Virus record (IMG/VR): IMGVR_UViG_3300006155_000004
From: a virus
Direction: 5' to 3' (one strand)
Length of the DNA stretch: 64,000 nucleotides
Below the pieces are notes generated by a model. That model was given only the letters and a program-made list of their open reading frames with translations. It was not told where the DNA came from and did no database searches. The position numbers and the translations under genes are program-made. Shown here piece by piece: positions 18,215 to 26,834 of the stretch (position 1 is the stretch's first letter; each line of letters opens with the position of its first letter).

Positions 18215-18802
18215 TTGATTGATTTTGAAGTGTTTAGGGAGTGCGGTTTATTGAAAGTAGATATTTTTAATACAGAAAACAAGTATCAAATAATTTATGC
18301 TGACCCACCTTGGAGAAATCCTAAAAGCTGTACAAAGGCAAGAAATAACGAAAAACATTATCCGTCAATGGCAACTGATGAAATATGCAGACTCCCAATA
18401 ACAAATATATCGGAAAGAAACGCAATTCTTTTTCTGTGGATTTGCTTTCCTTGTTTAGAGTATAGTTTGAAAGTGATAAATTCATGGGGGTTTGAGTATT
18501 ACGGTTTGGGTTTTGATTGGTGCAAAATAAAATCTGACGGAACGCCCAAAATCGGATGCGGATATTATACAAGGCAGAACAACGAATTATGCCTTGTTGG
18601 AGTAAAATACGGAATGGAAAACAGAATAAAACCACTTGTTAAAAATATCGGTTGTAGTATTTTGGAACAGCCTAGGGAACACAGCAGAAAGCCAGATATT
18701 GTCAGAGAAAATATTATAAAAATTTGCGGAGATATTCCAAGAATCGAGTTATTTGCAAGACAAGAATATGACGGTTGGGATTGCTGGGGAAATGAAATTT
18801 AA
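18215..18802 (+). CDS. MT-A70-family N6-adenine DNA methyltransferase
   Basis: IIYADPPW catalytic motif; LFLW segment. Confidence 0.85.
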   Translation: MIDFEVFRECGLLKVDIFNTENKYQIIYADPPWRNPKSCTKARNNEKHYPSMATDEICRLPITNISERNAILFLWICFPCLEYSLKVINSWGFEYYGLGFDWCKIKSDGTPKIGCGYYTRQNNELCLVGVKYGMENRIKPLVKNIGCSILEQPREHSRKPDIVRENIIKICGDIPRIELFARQEYDGWDCWGNEI

Positions 18803-18823
18803 AAAGAAAGCGAGGTGATTTAG

Positions 18824-19573
18824 ATGTTCGTTAGATGTATTGGCACTGGTAGTAGCGGAAATTGTTACGCTTTATATGACAATTACGGCAAGATACTTCT
18901 TTTAGATTTGGGTTTAGCAAGGAAACAAATACTTAGAGGAATTGACTTTAATGTAACTGATGTTGTCGGGGCGGTAGTGAGCCACGGGCATGGAGACCAC
19001 GCAAAGTCGGTTAAGGACTTTGAGAATATGGGAATACCTGTTTTCAAGCCCTATATTGGAAAATGGAAAATGGCAGAAATGGATAGACATTATCCAACAT
19101 ACTACGGAAAGAGAACGAGAGATTTTAAGGTTCTTGAATTTGACATGACAGATAAGAACAACCGATTCATGCACACCAACAATGATGGCTCAGAATGTCC
19201 ATGTTACGGTTTTTTGATTGAACATGAGGACATGGGGAAGATGTTATACATAACCGACGCAGAGCTTGTCAAATGGAGATTTAGTGGTATCAATCACATC
19301 TTAATCTCTTGCAACTATCAAAAAAAATATATTTCTGACAGTGCAAAAAGAAGCCATGTTCTTATGGGGCATATGGAGTTGGAGACGGTAAAGGACTTTA
19401 TAAAGGCAAATAAATCCAATGCCCTTAGAACTGTCATGTTGTGCCATTTAAGCCAAGATAGCGCCGACCCGGAGGAATGTCTGTCAGAGATTCAAAATGT
19501 CGTTGGAGAGGACGTTAAATGCGTTGTGGCGACGGTGGGAGAAACGGTTGAATTAAGTTTGTATCCATTTTAA
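18824..19573 (+). CDS. metallo-beta-lactamase-fold hydrolase (possible nuclease partner of RecT)
   Basis: SHGHGDH motif. Confidence 0.75.
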   Translation: MFVRCIGTGSSGNCYALYDNYGKILLLDLGLARKQILRGIDFNVTDVVGAVVSHGHGDHAKSVKDFENMGIPVFKPYIGKWKMAEMDRHYPTYYGKRTRDFKVLEFDMTDKNNRFMHTNNDGSECPCYGFLIEHEDMGKMLYITDAELVKWRFSGINHILISCNYQKKYISDSAKRSHVLMGHMELETVKDFIKANKSNALRTVMLCHLSQDSADPEECLSEIQNVVGEDVKCVVATVGETVELSLYPF

Positions 19574-19583
19574 GGAGGTTTCC

Positions 19584-19898
19584 ATGAAGATAGAATTTGA
19601 CGAAAACGATTTGAAATATATAGAGAAAATCAATGAGGATTTGAAATCTGGTGAGCAAATCCCTTTGTTTGTTGGAACGGTTGGTAAAAGATATTTTATT
19701 GAGTTTACTTGTGAGGACATAGCTAAAGCTAATGCGTTTTCCATGATGTTTATGAACCCTAACGCTGAAAAGATACGGGAATTAAAGGAAAGATTAGGGA
19801 TAACGGTAAACTGTATAAGCTATTGTTCGGGTGATTCAAAACGAGAGGAACTTAAAAGATATTTGGAGAAAATGTTGCGTGAATTGGAACAGATGTAG
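19584..19898 (+). CDS. hypothetical protein
   Basis: ORF track. Confidence 0.55.
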   Translation: MKIEFDENDLKYIEKINEDLKSGEQIPLFVGTVGKRYFIEFTCEDIAKANAFSMMFMNPNAEKIRELKERLGITVNCISYCSGDSKREELKRYLEKMLRELEQM

Positions 19899-19927
19899 CG
19901 GAAAGCGGTTGAATTGAAAGAAAGCAG

Positions 19928-20263
19928 GTGTCCGTTTTGATAGATTTATACCCTACAAAATGCAATCTATGTGGCGGTACGGTTGTTTACATAAGCAATT
20001 CAAAAATCTATGGCAGGGAATACGGAAGCGGAAAATGTTATTACTGTGCAAACTGCGGTTCTTATGTCGGAACGCACAAGCCAAGACCGAAAGAAGCATT
20101 GGGGATTTTAGGAAATGGCAAAATGCGTGAAATGAAAATGAAGTGCCATGAATTATTCGACCGACAATGGAAGAACGAGAAAACTTCCAAGAAAAGGCAT
20201 ATCGCAAGGAAGAAAGCATATGAGGATTTGGCGGTTAAGCTGAATATTCCGGTTGAAGAATGA
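19928..20263 (+). CDS. zinc-ribbon protein (DUF3268-like by recollection)
   Basis: CNLCGG..CYYCANCGSYVG; its TGA is followed by 24 in-frame coding-like codons (HFGYFDMDMLNKDYGILK..). Confidence 0.6.
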   Translation: MSVLIDLYPTKCNLCGGTVVYISNSKIYGREYGSGKCYYCANCGSYVGTHKPRPKEALGILGNGKMREMKMKCHELFDRQWKNEKTSKKRHIARKKAYEDLAVKLNIPVEE

Positions 20264-20321
20264 CATTTCGGATATTTTGATATGGATATGCTGAATAAGG
20301 ATTATGGGATTTTGAAAGGCG

Positions 20322-20684
20322 GTGTCTGTTTTGAATGAAAAAGAAATCATGGAGGAAATACATAAAACCGTCAGCGAAACAATGGATAGAGAGATTATGA
20401 AATGCCTTGGCGTGGAGTATCACAAGCCAAAAGAAACAAAATGTAATCCGTTAGAAGATGCGAAAAATATGATTGCCAAAATGAGTACGGTAATCATGTG
20501 CAGTGAAAGTGATAAAAAGAAGTTGGAAGAACAGGAATTGCCCGGAATGACGACGATTATCCCTAGTCAGTATTTGGAAGACGGAACGGTTTACATGATA
20601 ACAGATGAAAAGCTGAAAGGATATATGTTGGAATCGGAAAGAAGAAAACGGTTAAGAGAAAAGAAATCTGATAAGGCAGATTAA
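20322..20684 (+). CDS. hypothetical protein
   Basis: ORF track. Confidence 0.55.
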   Translation: MSVLNEKEIMEEIHKTVSETMDREIMKCLGVEYHKPKETKCNPLEDAKNMIAKMSTVIMCSESDKKKLEEQELPGMTTIIPSQYLEDGTVYMITDEKLKGYMLESERRKRLREKKSDKAD

Positions 20685-20743
20685 CCGCCCACACATCGGC
20701 AGGATTGCAAAATATCCATTTTGAGAAAGAGAGGGAAAGATTT

Positions 20744-21208
20744 ATGACAATAAATTATATCTTAGAAAATATTTTTTCAGATCATTACATCAAATGGCAT
20801 TGTAAGGACGTTGATAGTATTGCTATGACTGAATTTAACGTTGCATGTCCGATTGGTGCACCGTTTTCTGAGCCGATTATTGACGTTAAAGAAGTTTATG
20901 TAAAAACAAAGTGCATTGTATCTCCATCACGCAAATATAAGGAAAATTGGGCAAGAGTTGTATGCCTGATTAATTCTAACGATCCAAGCGATGTAGACAA
21001 GATACTAACAGTTAGACAAGTCCTCGAGAGATTAAAACAATTTGACGGAGAGCTTGAATTGTGCGGCACAGATAAGGGGCATGATTTTAATTCTAATAAT
21101 TGGGTTTGTGCTTTTATAAACATTCTTGACGGAACAAGCAATGACGAATGCGAGAAACATAATATTCCACAGAATTACAAAGGAACCATAACAAATTTTT
21201 TAACATAA
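20744..21208 (+). CDS. hypothetical protein
   Basis: ORF-track frame; internal ATG with an upstream purine-rich RBS. Confidence 0.55.
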   Translation: MTINYILENIFSDHYIKWHCKDVDSIAMTEFNVACPIGAPFSEPIIDVKEVYVKTKCIVSPSRKYKENWARVVCLINSNDPSDVDKILTVRQVLERLKQFDGELELCGTDKGHDFNSNNWVCAFINILDGTSNDECEKHNIPQNYKGTITNFLT

Positions 21209-21241
21209 AAAAAGAAATACTTCGCCCAGAAAGGAGAAACT

Positions 21242-21574
21242 ATGGGAACAAACTATTATTTAGTCAAAAACAGACCGTCTATTGACAGAGGGTTGCATAT
21301 CGGAAAATCTTCTATTGGTTGGAGATTTCTTTTTCACAAACCGTCAATTTGGGATGTTGACAAGCCATTAAATACATTTGAACAATGGAGAGATTATCTC
21401 AAAGAAACAACAGAGGCAGGAACACACGTCATTATGAACGAGTATGACGAGATTGTTTCGTATGAATGGCTTATGGAACTGATTAAAAACAAGCAAGAAG
21501 AGGACAGCCCTGATATGTTTCAATATTGCGAAAATGTCAATGGGTATCGGTTTTCTGATGGAGAGTTTAGTTAG
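21242..21574 (+). CDS. hypothetical protein
   Basis: ORF track with an AAGGAG RBS. Confidence 0.6.
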   Translation: MGTNYYLVKNRPSIDRGLHIGKSSIGWRFLFHKPSIWDVDKPLNTFEQWRDYLKETTEAGTHVIMNEYDEIVSYEWLMELIKNKQEEDSPDMFQYCENVNGYRFSDGEFS

Positions 21575-21585
21575 GAGGGGTTGAA

Positions 21586-21816
21586 TTGAAATTTGTGTTG
21601 AATGGTTGCGACATATCATTTGTTGCGGAAGCGCCAGAGGATATCACATTGAAACAGCTTATCAAACAGTGTGACAAAATCAAGCCTGATTGGTGTGCTT
21701 GCGGCATATGTTCTTTGGGTTATGTCGGATATTCGGAAGATATAGAAGCGGATATTGCAATCGGATATGACACGATTGAAAAAGTTGGTGATGTTTCTTG
21801 CAGTATTGAGGATTGA
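21586..21816 (+). CDS. hypothetical protein
   Basis: ORF track, TTG start. Confidence 0.5.
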   Translation: MKFVLNGCDISFVAEAPEDITLKQLIKQCDKIKPDWCACGICSLGYVGYSEDIEADIAIGYDTIEKVGDVSCSIED

Positions 21817-21827
21817 AAGGAGAACCT

Positions 21828-22253
21828 ATGGCAGAAAAGAAATTATCAGAGGAATTAAGGCATTGTTTGAAATATGACGCTTGCGGAGATTGTCAATACT
21901 ACAAGCCAGAAACAAAATTTACTTGCCGAGGCTTGCTGCAAAAGGCGTATGAAGTGGTTAAGCGGTATGAGGAAATGGATGAATGCAGGAATGTTTTGAA
22001 ACTTCCAATAAATATAGAAACGCCAATTTATTCTATCGAATATTGTTGCGGTGAAAACAAAGACAATAAGATGGGAATGTGTTTTAGGGGATTTTGTTCT
22101 GATTGTGAAAAGAAATCTCATTACATTTTGGAAGCAACAGCAAAAAGTTCTTGCCAAATTTCGGAAATTGGTAAAAGCGTTTTTCTGTCGAAAGAAGCTG
22201 CTAAAAAGGCATTAAAGGAAATGGAGGATAGGAAGAATGGAGAGATTGACTGA
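21828..22253 (+). CDS. hypothetical protein with a recurring LKLP..Y...GKxVFL.xEEA module
   Basis: The module is shared with 22237..23112 and 33906..34484. Confidence 0.55.
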   Translation: MAEKKLSEELRHCLKYDACGDCQYYKPETKFTCRGLLQKAYEVVKRYEEMDECRNVLKLPINIETPIYSIEYCCGENKDNKMGMCFRGFCSDCEKKSHYILEATAKSSCQISEIGKSVFLSKEAAKKALKEMEDRKNGEID

Positions 22254-23112
22254 AAGATTGACGGATAAATCATATTGTATTTCTGATATTCGGGCAATAC
22301 AGAAAGAAACATTTTATGAGGATATGGAATGCAGGCGTGGCTTTGACTTGTATACAGGAAAAGCCATTGACAAGCTGGCAGAATATGAGGATTTAGAGGA
22401 ACAAGGGAAACTGCTGAAATTGCCAGTTGCAGTGGGAACCTGGGTATATGAAGTTTATCGGTTCATGGATGAGGGTGTTTGTGAGATTGATGTTCATAAA
22501 ATCAAGCTAGAAGATTTAGAGAATATCGGAAAAACCGTTTTCCTCACCATAGAAGAAGCCGAGGATAAGCTGGCAGAAATGGAGGGGGAAGAAGCGAACG
22601 AGCGGAGAGTGATTATATACATAAGTGCTACCAAGCAAACCACAACCGCAAAATGGCATTTAGAGGGAGTATATCCGTCTGATTTATGGGTTGCGATATT
22701 ACATGATATTTCAGATTTAAAGCCATTTTTGGGAGAATCAAAAGTAATCATTAAGTTTAGCGATAGAACCAGGGAGGCCGTGTTTTATTTTAGCGGCGGA
22801 AAACTGATACAAGCAGGTCAAAACGAATTAGATTTTTGGGTTAAGAAATCAGAAAAGGAAAGCGAGGAAAAATCAATGTTACATAATGTGACCGTAAAAC
22901 ATGAGGAAGACAAGGTGCTTGAAGAATTTTGGGTAATGAGGGCGGTAAAAGAGGGGAAATTACCATTTGATTTCAAAAAGACAGTTATTGACGAAAGAAA
23001 ATTAGACCATGAGCCGAGCAAAAGCGAAATCGCACAATTCCTAGCCGACAGCAAAGCGGATTTCGTGTCGGTGGTGCAGAATTACAGATTTGAAAATGAG
23101 TTGCCGTTTTAG
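22237..23112 (+). CDS. hypothetical protein with the same LKLP/GKTVFLT module
   Basis: LLKLPVAVGTWVYEVY...IGKTVFLTIEEAEDKL. Confidence 0.6.
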   Translation: MERLTERLTDKSYCISDIRAIQKETFYEDMECRRGFDLYTGKAIDKLAEYEDLEEQGKLLKLPVAVGTWVYEVYRFMDEGVCEIDVHKIKLEDLENIGKTVFLTIEEAEDKLAEMEGEEANERRVIIYISATKQTTTAKWHLEGVYPSDLWVAILHDISDLKPFLGESKVIIKFSDRTREAVFYFSGGKLIQAGQNELDFWVKKSEKESEEKSMLHNVTVKHEEDKVLEEFWVMRAVKEGKLPFDFKKTVIDERKLDHEPSKSEIAQFLADSKADFVSVVQNYRFENELPF

Positions 23113-23130
23113 GGAAAGGAGATTGAGGGA

Positions 23131-23457
23131 ATGAAACTTTATATTTTTAAAACATCGAATTGGAGTCATAAGCCAAAACTTACAATGGAAGAATTTGAGG
23201 TTGAGGAAAAACCGAAAACCTATGTATGCAAAGGAAGACGATTTAACAAAGAAGATATAGAAAAGGTAAGCGGATATGACTTTGATGAGTGTATGCTACT
23301 TGAAAACAATCCGTCTAAGGCTTGCGAAATTCTTTTGAAAAGAAAAGAGTTGGAATTGAAATGGGCGGAGGAAAAGGTTGCTGATAAGAAAGCAGAAATC
23401 GAGAATTTGAAAAGATATATCAGAAGAGAAAGTGAGAGGAAAGGCAATGATTGTTAA
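23131..23457 (+). CDS. hypothetical protein
   Basis: ORF track. Confidence 0.55.
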   Translation: MKLYIFKTSNWSHKPKLTMEEFEVEEKPKTYVCKGRRFNKEDIEKVSGYDFDECMLLENNPSKACEILLKRKELELKWAEEKVADKKAEIENLKRYIRRESERKGNDC

Positions 23458-23701
23458 GAGAAGAATTTTTGACGAATTAAACAAGAGATTAAAAGAGGCG
23501 AGGGAAGAAAACGAAGAATTACGGAAGAAAAATAATGATTTGAACAGAAGAATAAAAAGTGAGAGAGTAACGGGGTGTTGGTGCAGGACCTGTAAAAATT
23601 CCGTTGCAGAAACACATCAAACTGTATACGGAGATTACAAAACATATGATTGTTTGCTTGATGTGAAATGCAACGATTATGAGAGATTGGAGGATAAATA
23701 A
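23447..23701 (+). CDS. hypothetical coiled-coil/Cys protein
   Basis: ORF-track frame; internal ATG with an RBS. Confidence 0.5.
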   Translation: MIVKRRIFDELNKRLKEAREENEELRKKNNDLNRRIKSERVTGCWCRTCKNSVAETHQTVYGDYKTYDCLLDVKCNDYERLEDK

Positions 23702-23702
23702 T

Positions 23703-24125
23703 ATGAATCGTGTAATTTTAATGGGACGCTTGACAAAAGACCCAGACGTAAGATATTCACAAGGCAATAATCCAATGGCGATAGCAAGGTACACGCTAGC
23801 AGTTGAGCGAAAATTCAAGCGTGACGGCGAGGCGAACGCAGATTTTATTAACTGTATCGCATTTGGGAAGAATGGCGAGTTTGCGGAGAAGTATCTGCAT
23901 AAGGGGATTAAGATAGCAGTTGTCGGTCGTATTCAGACGGGAAGTTATACAAATAAAGACGGCGTAAAAGTATATACAACAGATGTGGTTGTGGAAGAAC
24001 ATGAGTTTGCAGAGAGCAAGAACACAAATCAACAGAATGAGCAAAGCAACAGACCGCAACCAAGTAATTCTGATGATGACTTCATGCAAATTCCCGACAA
24101 TATGGAGGACTTGCCATTCAACTGA
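23703..24125 (+). CDS. ssb: single-stranded DNA-binding protein
   Basis: MNRVILMGRLTKDPDVRY.. OB fold and acidic tail DDDFMQIPDNMEDLPF. Confidence 0.9.
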   Translation: MNRVILMGRLTKDPDVRYSQGNNPMAIARYTLAVERKFKRDGEANADFINCIAFGKNGEFAEKYLHKGIKIAVVGRIQTGSYTNKDGVKVYTTDVVVEEHEFAESKNTNQQNEQSNRPQPSNSDDDFMQIPDNMEDLPFN

Positions 24126-24138
24126 TTGGAGATATGAA

Positions 24139-24552
24139 ATGATTTGGAATTTAGTAATAATAGGAATAATATTTCTCGTTGGATTTTTGATAGATCACAT
24201 TATCAAATACAAGGAATTGAAATTTGACAATATGATTTTGAAAAAACAAGTTGACGAAATCAGAAACAACTTCAAGATGTACAGAAGTATTTCTGATTGC
24301 GAAAATGCAGAGGTTGAAAAGTTAAAGAGCCAAAATGCAGAACTTCTTATGGAAAATATGCAACTCAAATCTCTTATTGGTGCATATCGGAATGTATATG
24401 GTTATCAGGACAAATATTCAACACCGCAAATTCCAAAAGATACGGTTGATGCTGTCCGATACGCCATGAAACACGCCCATCCAGACAACGGAGGAAATGC
24501 AGAAGATTTCATAAGGTTTCAAAAGTGCTATGAGGAATTGACGAGGAAGTGA
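24139..24552 (+). CDS. membrane-anchored coiled-coil protein with a C-terminal J-domain-like HPD segment
   Basis: N-terminal TM IWNLVIIGIIFLVGFLI; C-terminal RYAMKHAHPDNGGNAEDFIRFQKCYEEL. Confidence 0.5.
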   Translation: MIWNLVIIGIIFLVGFLIDHIIKYKELKFDNMILKKQVDEIRNNFKMYRSISDCENAEVEKLKSQNAELLMENMQLKSLIGAYRNVYGYQDKYSTPQIPKDTVDAVRYAMKHAHPDNGGNAEDFIRFQKCYEELTRK

Positions 24553-24562
24553 GGTTGAGAAG

Positions 24563-24904
24563 ATGAAAGAAGCATTAGAGAAAATAAGAGATTTGTGCAG
24601 GAAGAATGATGAAGATAGCCACAGATACGAAAAAGAGGGAAATTTATCAATGGCTATCATGGCAGGAGTTAGAACACAGTGTTATGAGGAATGTTTTGAA
24701 ATTGTGAACAGCTGTGAAAACAAAGATAAAGATGAGGAATTGAAGCACTTTCTTGAAATTGAAATCGAGCAGGCAGAAAAACGAATGAAAGAAGAATCCA
24801 ACCCTACATTTAACGGACTTATCGTAGGACATGAATTTCAAATTGAGTTGAACAAAGGACATATACGCTTTTGCAAAGAAGTGTTGAAAATGTTAGCAAA
24901 ATAA
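24563..24904 (+). CDS. hypothetical protein
   Basis: ORF track. Confidence 0.55.
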   Translation: MKEALEKIRDLCRKNDEDSHRYEKEGNLSMAIMAGVRTQCYEECFEIVNSCENKDKDEELKHFLEIEIEQAEKRMKEESNPTFNGLIVGHEFQIELNKGHIRFCKEVLKMLAK

Positions 24905-24977
24905 AATTTAAGGATTGGAGGTAATGGAGGTTTGATGGCACAGATGAATTTATTTGATTTTATGGGAGGTTGAGGGA

Positions 24978-25336
24978 ATGGCATACGACTTAAATTCAGA
25001 CTTTGACATAGAACAGCACAAGAAAACTTTTATTCATTATCTCGAAGTGGTGATTGATGGAAACGGAAAGATAATGTATGCCGTTCCGTCACATCAAGAA
25101 AAGCTGATTACCCTTGCTCGTGAAAAGCTGAATGTCACAAGAGAAGAATTAAATGCCATTGTCCGCAGGAGTATTATTTTGACTTTATGGCATGGCTATG
25201 CAAAATAAGTGGTACTTGTGCGGTTTGGGAGAATTTTATTCAGTGCGACAATCTGACAGAACGGCAGATGAGGGCGTTGCAGATGTTGAAAGATAATGGA
25301 TTGTATTTAGGAGAAATTCCGAAGGAGGTTGATTGA
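24978..25336 (+). pseudogene. conserved phage hypothetical gene split by a 1-nt frame change near 25158-25162
   Basis: MAYDLNSDFDIEQHKKTFIHYLEV..EELNA in one frame continues as CPQEYYFDFMAWLCKISGTCAVWENF..GLYLGEIP in another. Confidence 0.5.
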
Positions 25337-25338
25337 AT

Positions 25339-25548
25339 ATGAAAAATAAAATTAAGAAAATTTTGAATTTTGTTACAGATATAGTACTTATATATTCTGT
25401 ACTTATGATGATTTTTGTTGTGTTTTTCTTTTTGGTTGCAATACCGACTGTTTCGTTACCATTTTTGATACTTTCTGTGGCGATTAAAATTATTCCGATG
25501 ATAAGCAAGAAAAAGGAGGACACCCAAAATGCTAACCATGCCAATTAA
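25339..25548 (+). CDS. small membrane protein
   Basis: Two TM segments; GAAGGAGG RBS. Confidence 0.5.
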   Translation: MKNKIKKILNFVTDIVLIYSVLMMIFVVFFFLVAIPTVSLPFLILSVAIKIIPMISKKKEDTQNANHAN

Positions 25549-25583
25549 AAAGAAGTGGTTAGGAGAGAGGAAAGAGAGGAAAT

Positions 25584-25739
25584 ATGGAGAAATTATTTGA
25601 TGTTTATTTTACAAAAGCTGACAGAAAAGAATACAAAGTTAGATATTGCTGCATTGATAAAAGTCAAGCAAGAAGATTATTCTTTTCTGAAATCCAAAAG
25701 GGAGAAGAATTAAAAAGAATTGTCGAGGTCAAGGAGTAG
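25584..25739 (+). CDS. hypothetical small protein (51 aa)
   Basis: Purine-rich RBS; below the ORF-track cutoff. Confidence 0.35.
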   Translation: MEKLFDVYFTKADRKEYKVRYCCIDKSQARRLFFSEIQKGEELKRIVEVKE

Positions 25740-25789
25740 CATTTTATCCTGACGGCGCAGGAAATTTTGAATGGAAGTGAGGATTAAGT

Positions 25790-25942
25790 ATGGATAACGA
25801 GAAAATGACAGTTGTTGACGCAAGGAAAATTTTGCAGATTATGAATGACTGTTGCAAAGGTCTGATTTTCACAAAAGATGAAGTAAGTCAGATTGCTGCA
25901 ATTTGTTTGAAAGCAATAGAACGAGTAGAAAGTGAGGATTAA
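25790..25942 (+). CDS. hypothetical small protein (50 aa)
   Basis: GTGAGGA RBS 6 nt upstream. Confidence 0.35.
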   Translation: MDNEKMTVVDARKILQIMNDCCKGLIFTKDEVSQIAAICLKAIERVESED

Positions 25943-25944
25943 CT

Positions 25945-26205
25945 ATGGCTTGTGCATTAGGAATAGAACAGGATTGTAACGAGTGCAGAATGTGTGGAAA
26001 TGGGAAAGGCGGTAAGAAGATGACAAATTTTGAACGGATTAAGGGAATGGGAATTGGAGAGCTAGCAGAGGTATTAGAGGATAGGGATATAGTATTTTCA
26101 TGTAATAAATGCCCTGCAAAGAAAAACAAAGGGCATGGATGCCCTGAACAAAGTTGCTTGCCATACATTAAGGAATGGTTAGAAAGCGAGTGTGATGTGG
26201 AATGA
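25945..26205 (+). CDS. Cys-rich hypothetical protein
   Basis: ORF track; CNECRMC and CNKC..C..C patterns. Confidence 0.5.
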   Translation: MACALGIEQDCNECRMCGNGKGGKKMTNFERIKGMGIGELAEVLEDRDIVFSCNKCPAKKNKGHGCPEQSCLPYIKEWLESECDVE

Positions 26206-26381
26206 ACAAAGCATTGGCAGAGTTTGTAATGTGTTTTTCTCTTTTGTATCTGATTGAGGGGATACACAATTCATTTAAAAAGAAAACCAATATGGCATAT
26301 AAGATTTCACATATTTTATATCCATTGTTTATGGTTGGGGTGATGATTTATTTCTTGATTTCAGGAGTAATAGTGGATTAG
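26202..26381 (+). CDS. small membrane protein (59 aa)
   Basis: ATGA overlap with the upstream gene; two hydrophobic segments. Confidence 0.4.
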   Translation: MNKALAEFVMCFSLLYLIEGIHNSFKKKTNMAYKISHILYPLFMVGVMIYFLISGVIVD

Positions 26382-26397
26382 GGGGTGTTGGTAAAAC

Positions 26398-26565
26398 ATG
26401 AAACCATTATGTCAAACGTATATCAATATATTTCATTTCCCAGAGTGTTGTGCGGAGAATTTGACGGATTGCGTAAGGCTGATTACGAATTGTGGGAATT
26501 ACAGCAGGCATGATATGGGAGAAAGCGAGAATAAAAAGGAGGAAAATCAGAATGAACAGAATTAA
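26398..26565 (+). CDS. hypothetical small Cys-containing protein (55 aa)
   Basis: ATG after a GGGGGTG RBS-like run. Confidence 0.3.
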   Translation: MKPLCQTYINIFHFPECCAENLTDCVRLITNCGNYSRHDMGESENKKEENQNEQN

Positions 26566-26710
26566 ATTATGGATTTCAAAGTTTATATGCAAATGGAGTG
26601 ACTTTGCAGAAATGGGGAATGACAAGGATATTTTGGAGTTGAAGAAAAGTATTAAGGCTTATGAAAACGGAATAGCCAAAAGAAAAGATATGGAGTGTGA
26701 TAACCAGTGA
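26552..26710 (+). CDS. hypothetical small protein (52 aa)
   Basis: AAAGGAGGAAAA RBS; ORF-track frame 26492..26710. Confidence 0.4.
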   Translation: MNRIKLWISKFICKWSDFAEMGNDKDILELKKSIKAYENGIAKRKDMECDNQ

Positions 26711-26811
26711 GCAACCGACAGAACATAGCCAAAGCAAAAGCCATAGAGCAGAAGAACAAGAAGCGTCTGCTTGCGGTTAATCCAAAACTTGACAAGAAAA
26801 GCGGCATTTGA
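26707..26811 (+). pseudogene. decayed 5' fragment of a GIY-YIG gene
   Basis: VSNRQNIAKAKAIEQKNKKRLLAVNPKLDKKSGI* parallels the N-terminus of 28835 (NIAKVKVIERKNEQKLLAVNPKLDNGSGIY). Confidence 0.5.
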
Positions 26812-26834
26812 ATTTGAATGTGAGGTGAAATATT

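Noticed and set aside
25236-25544. 102-aa minus-strand ORF
   Set aside because: It is antisense to the frameshifted conserved gene and to the membrane-protein ORF 25339, both of which have better coding features.
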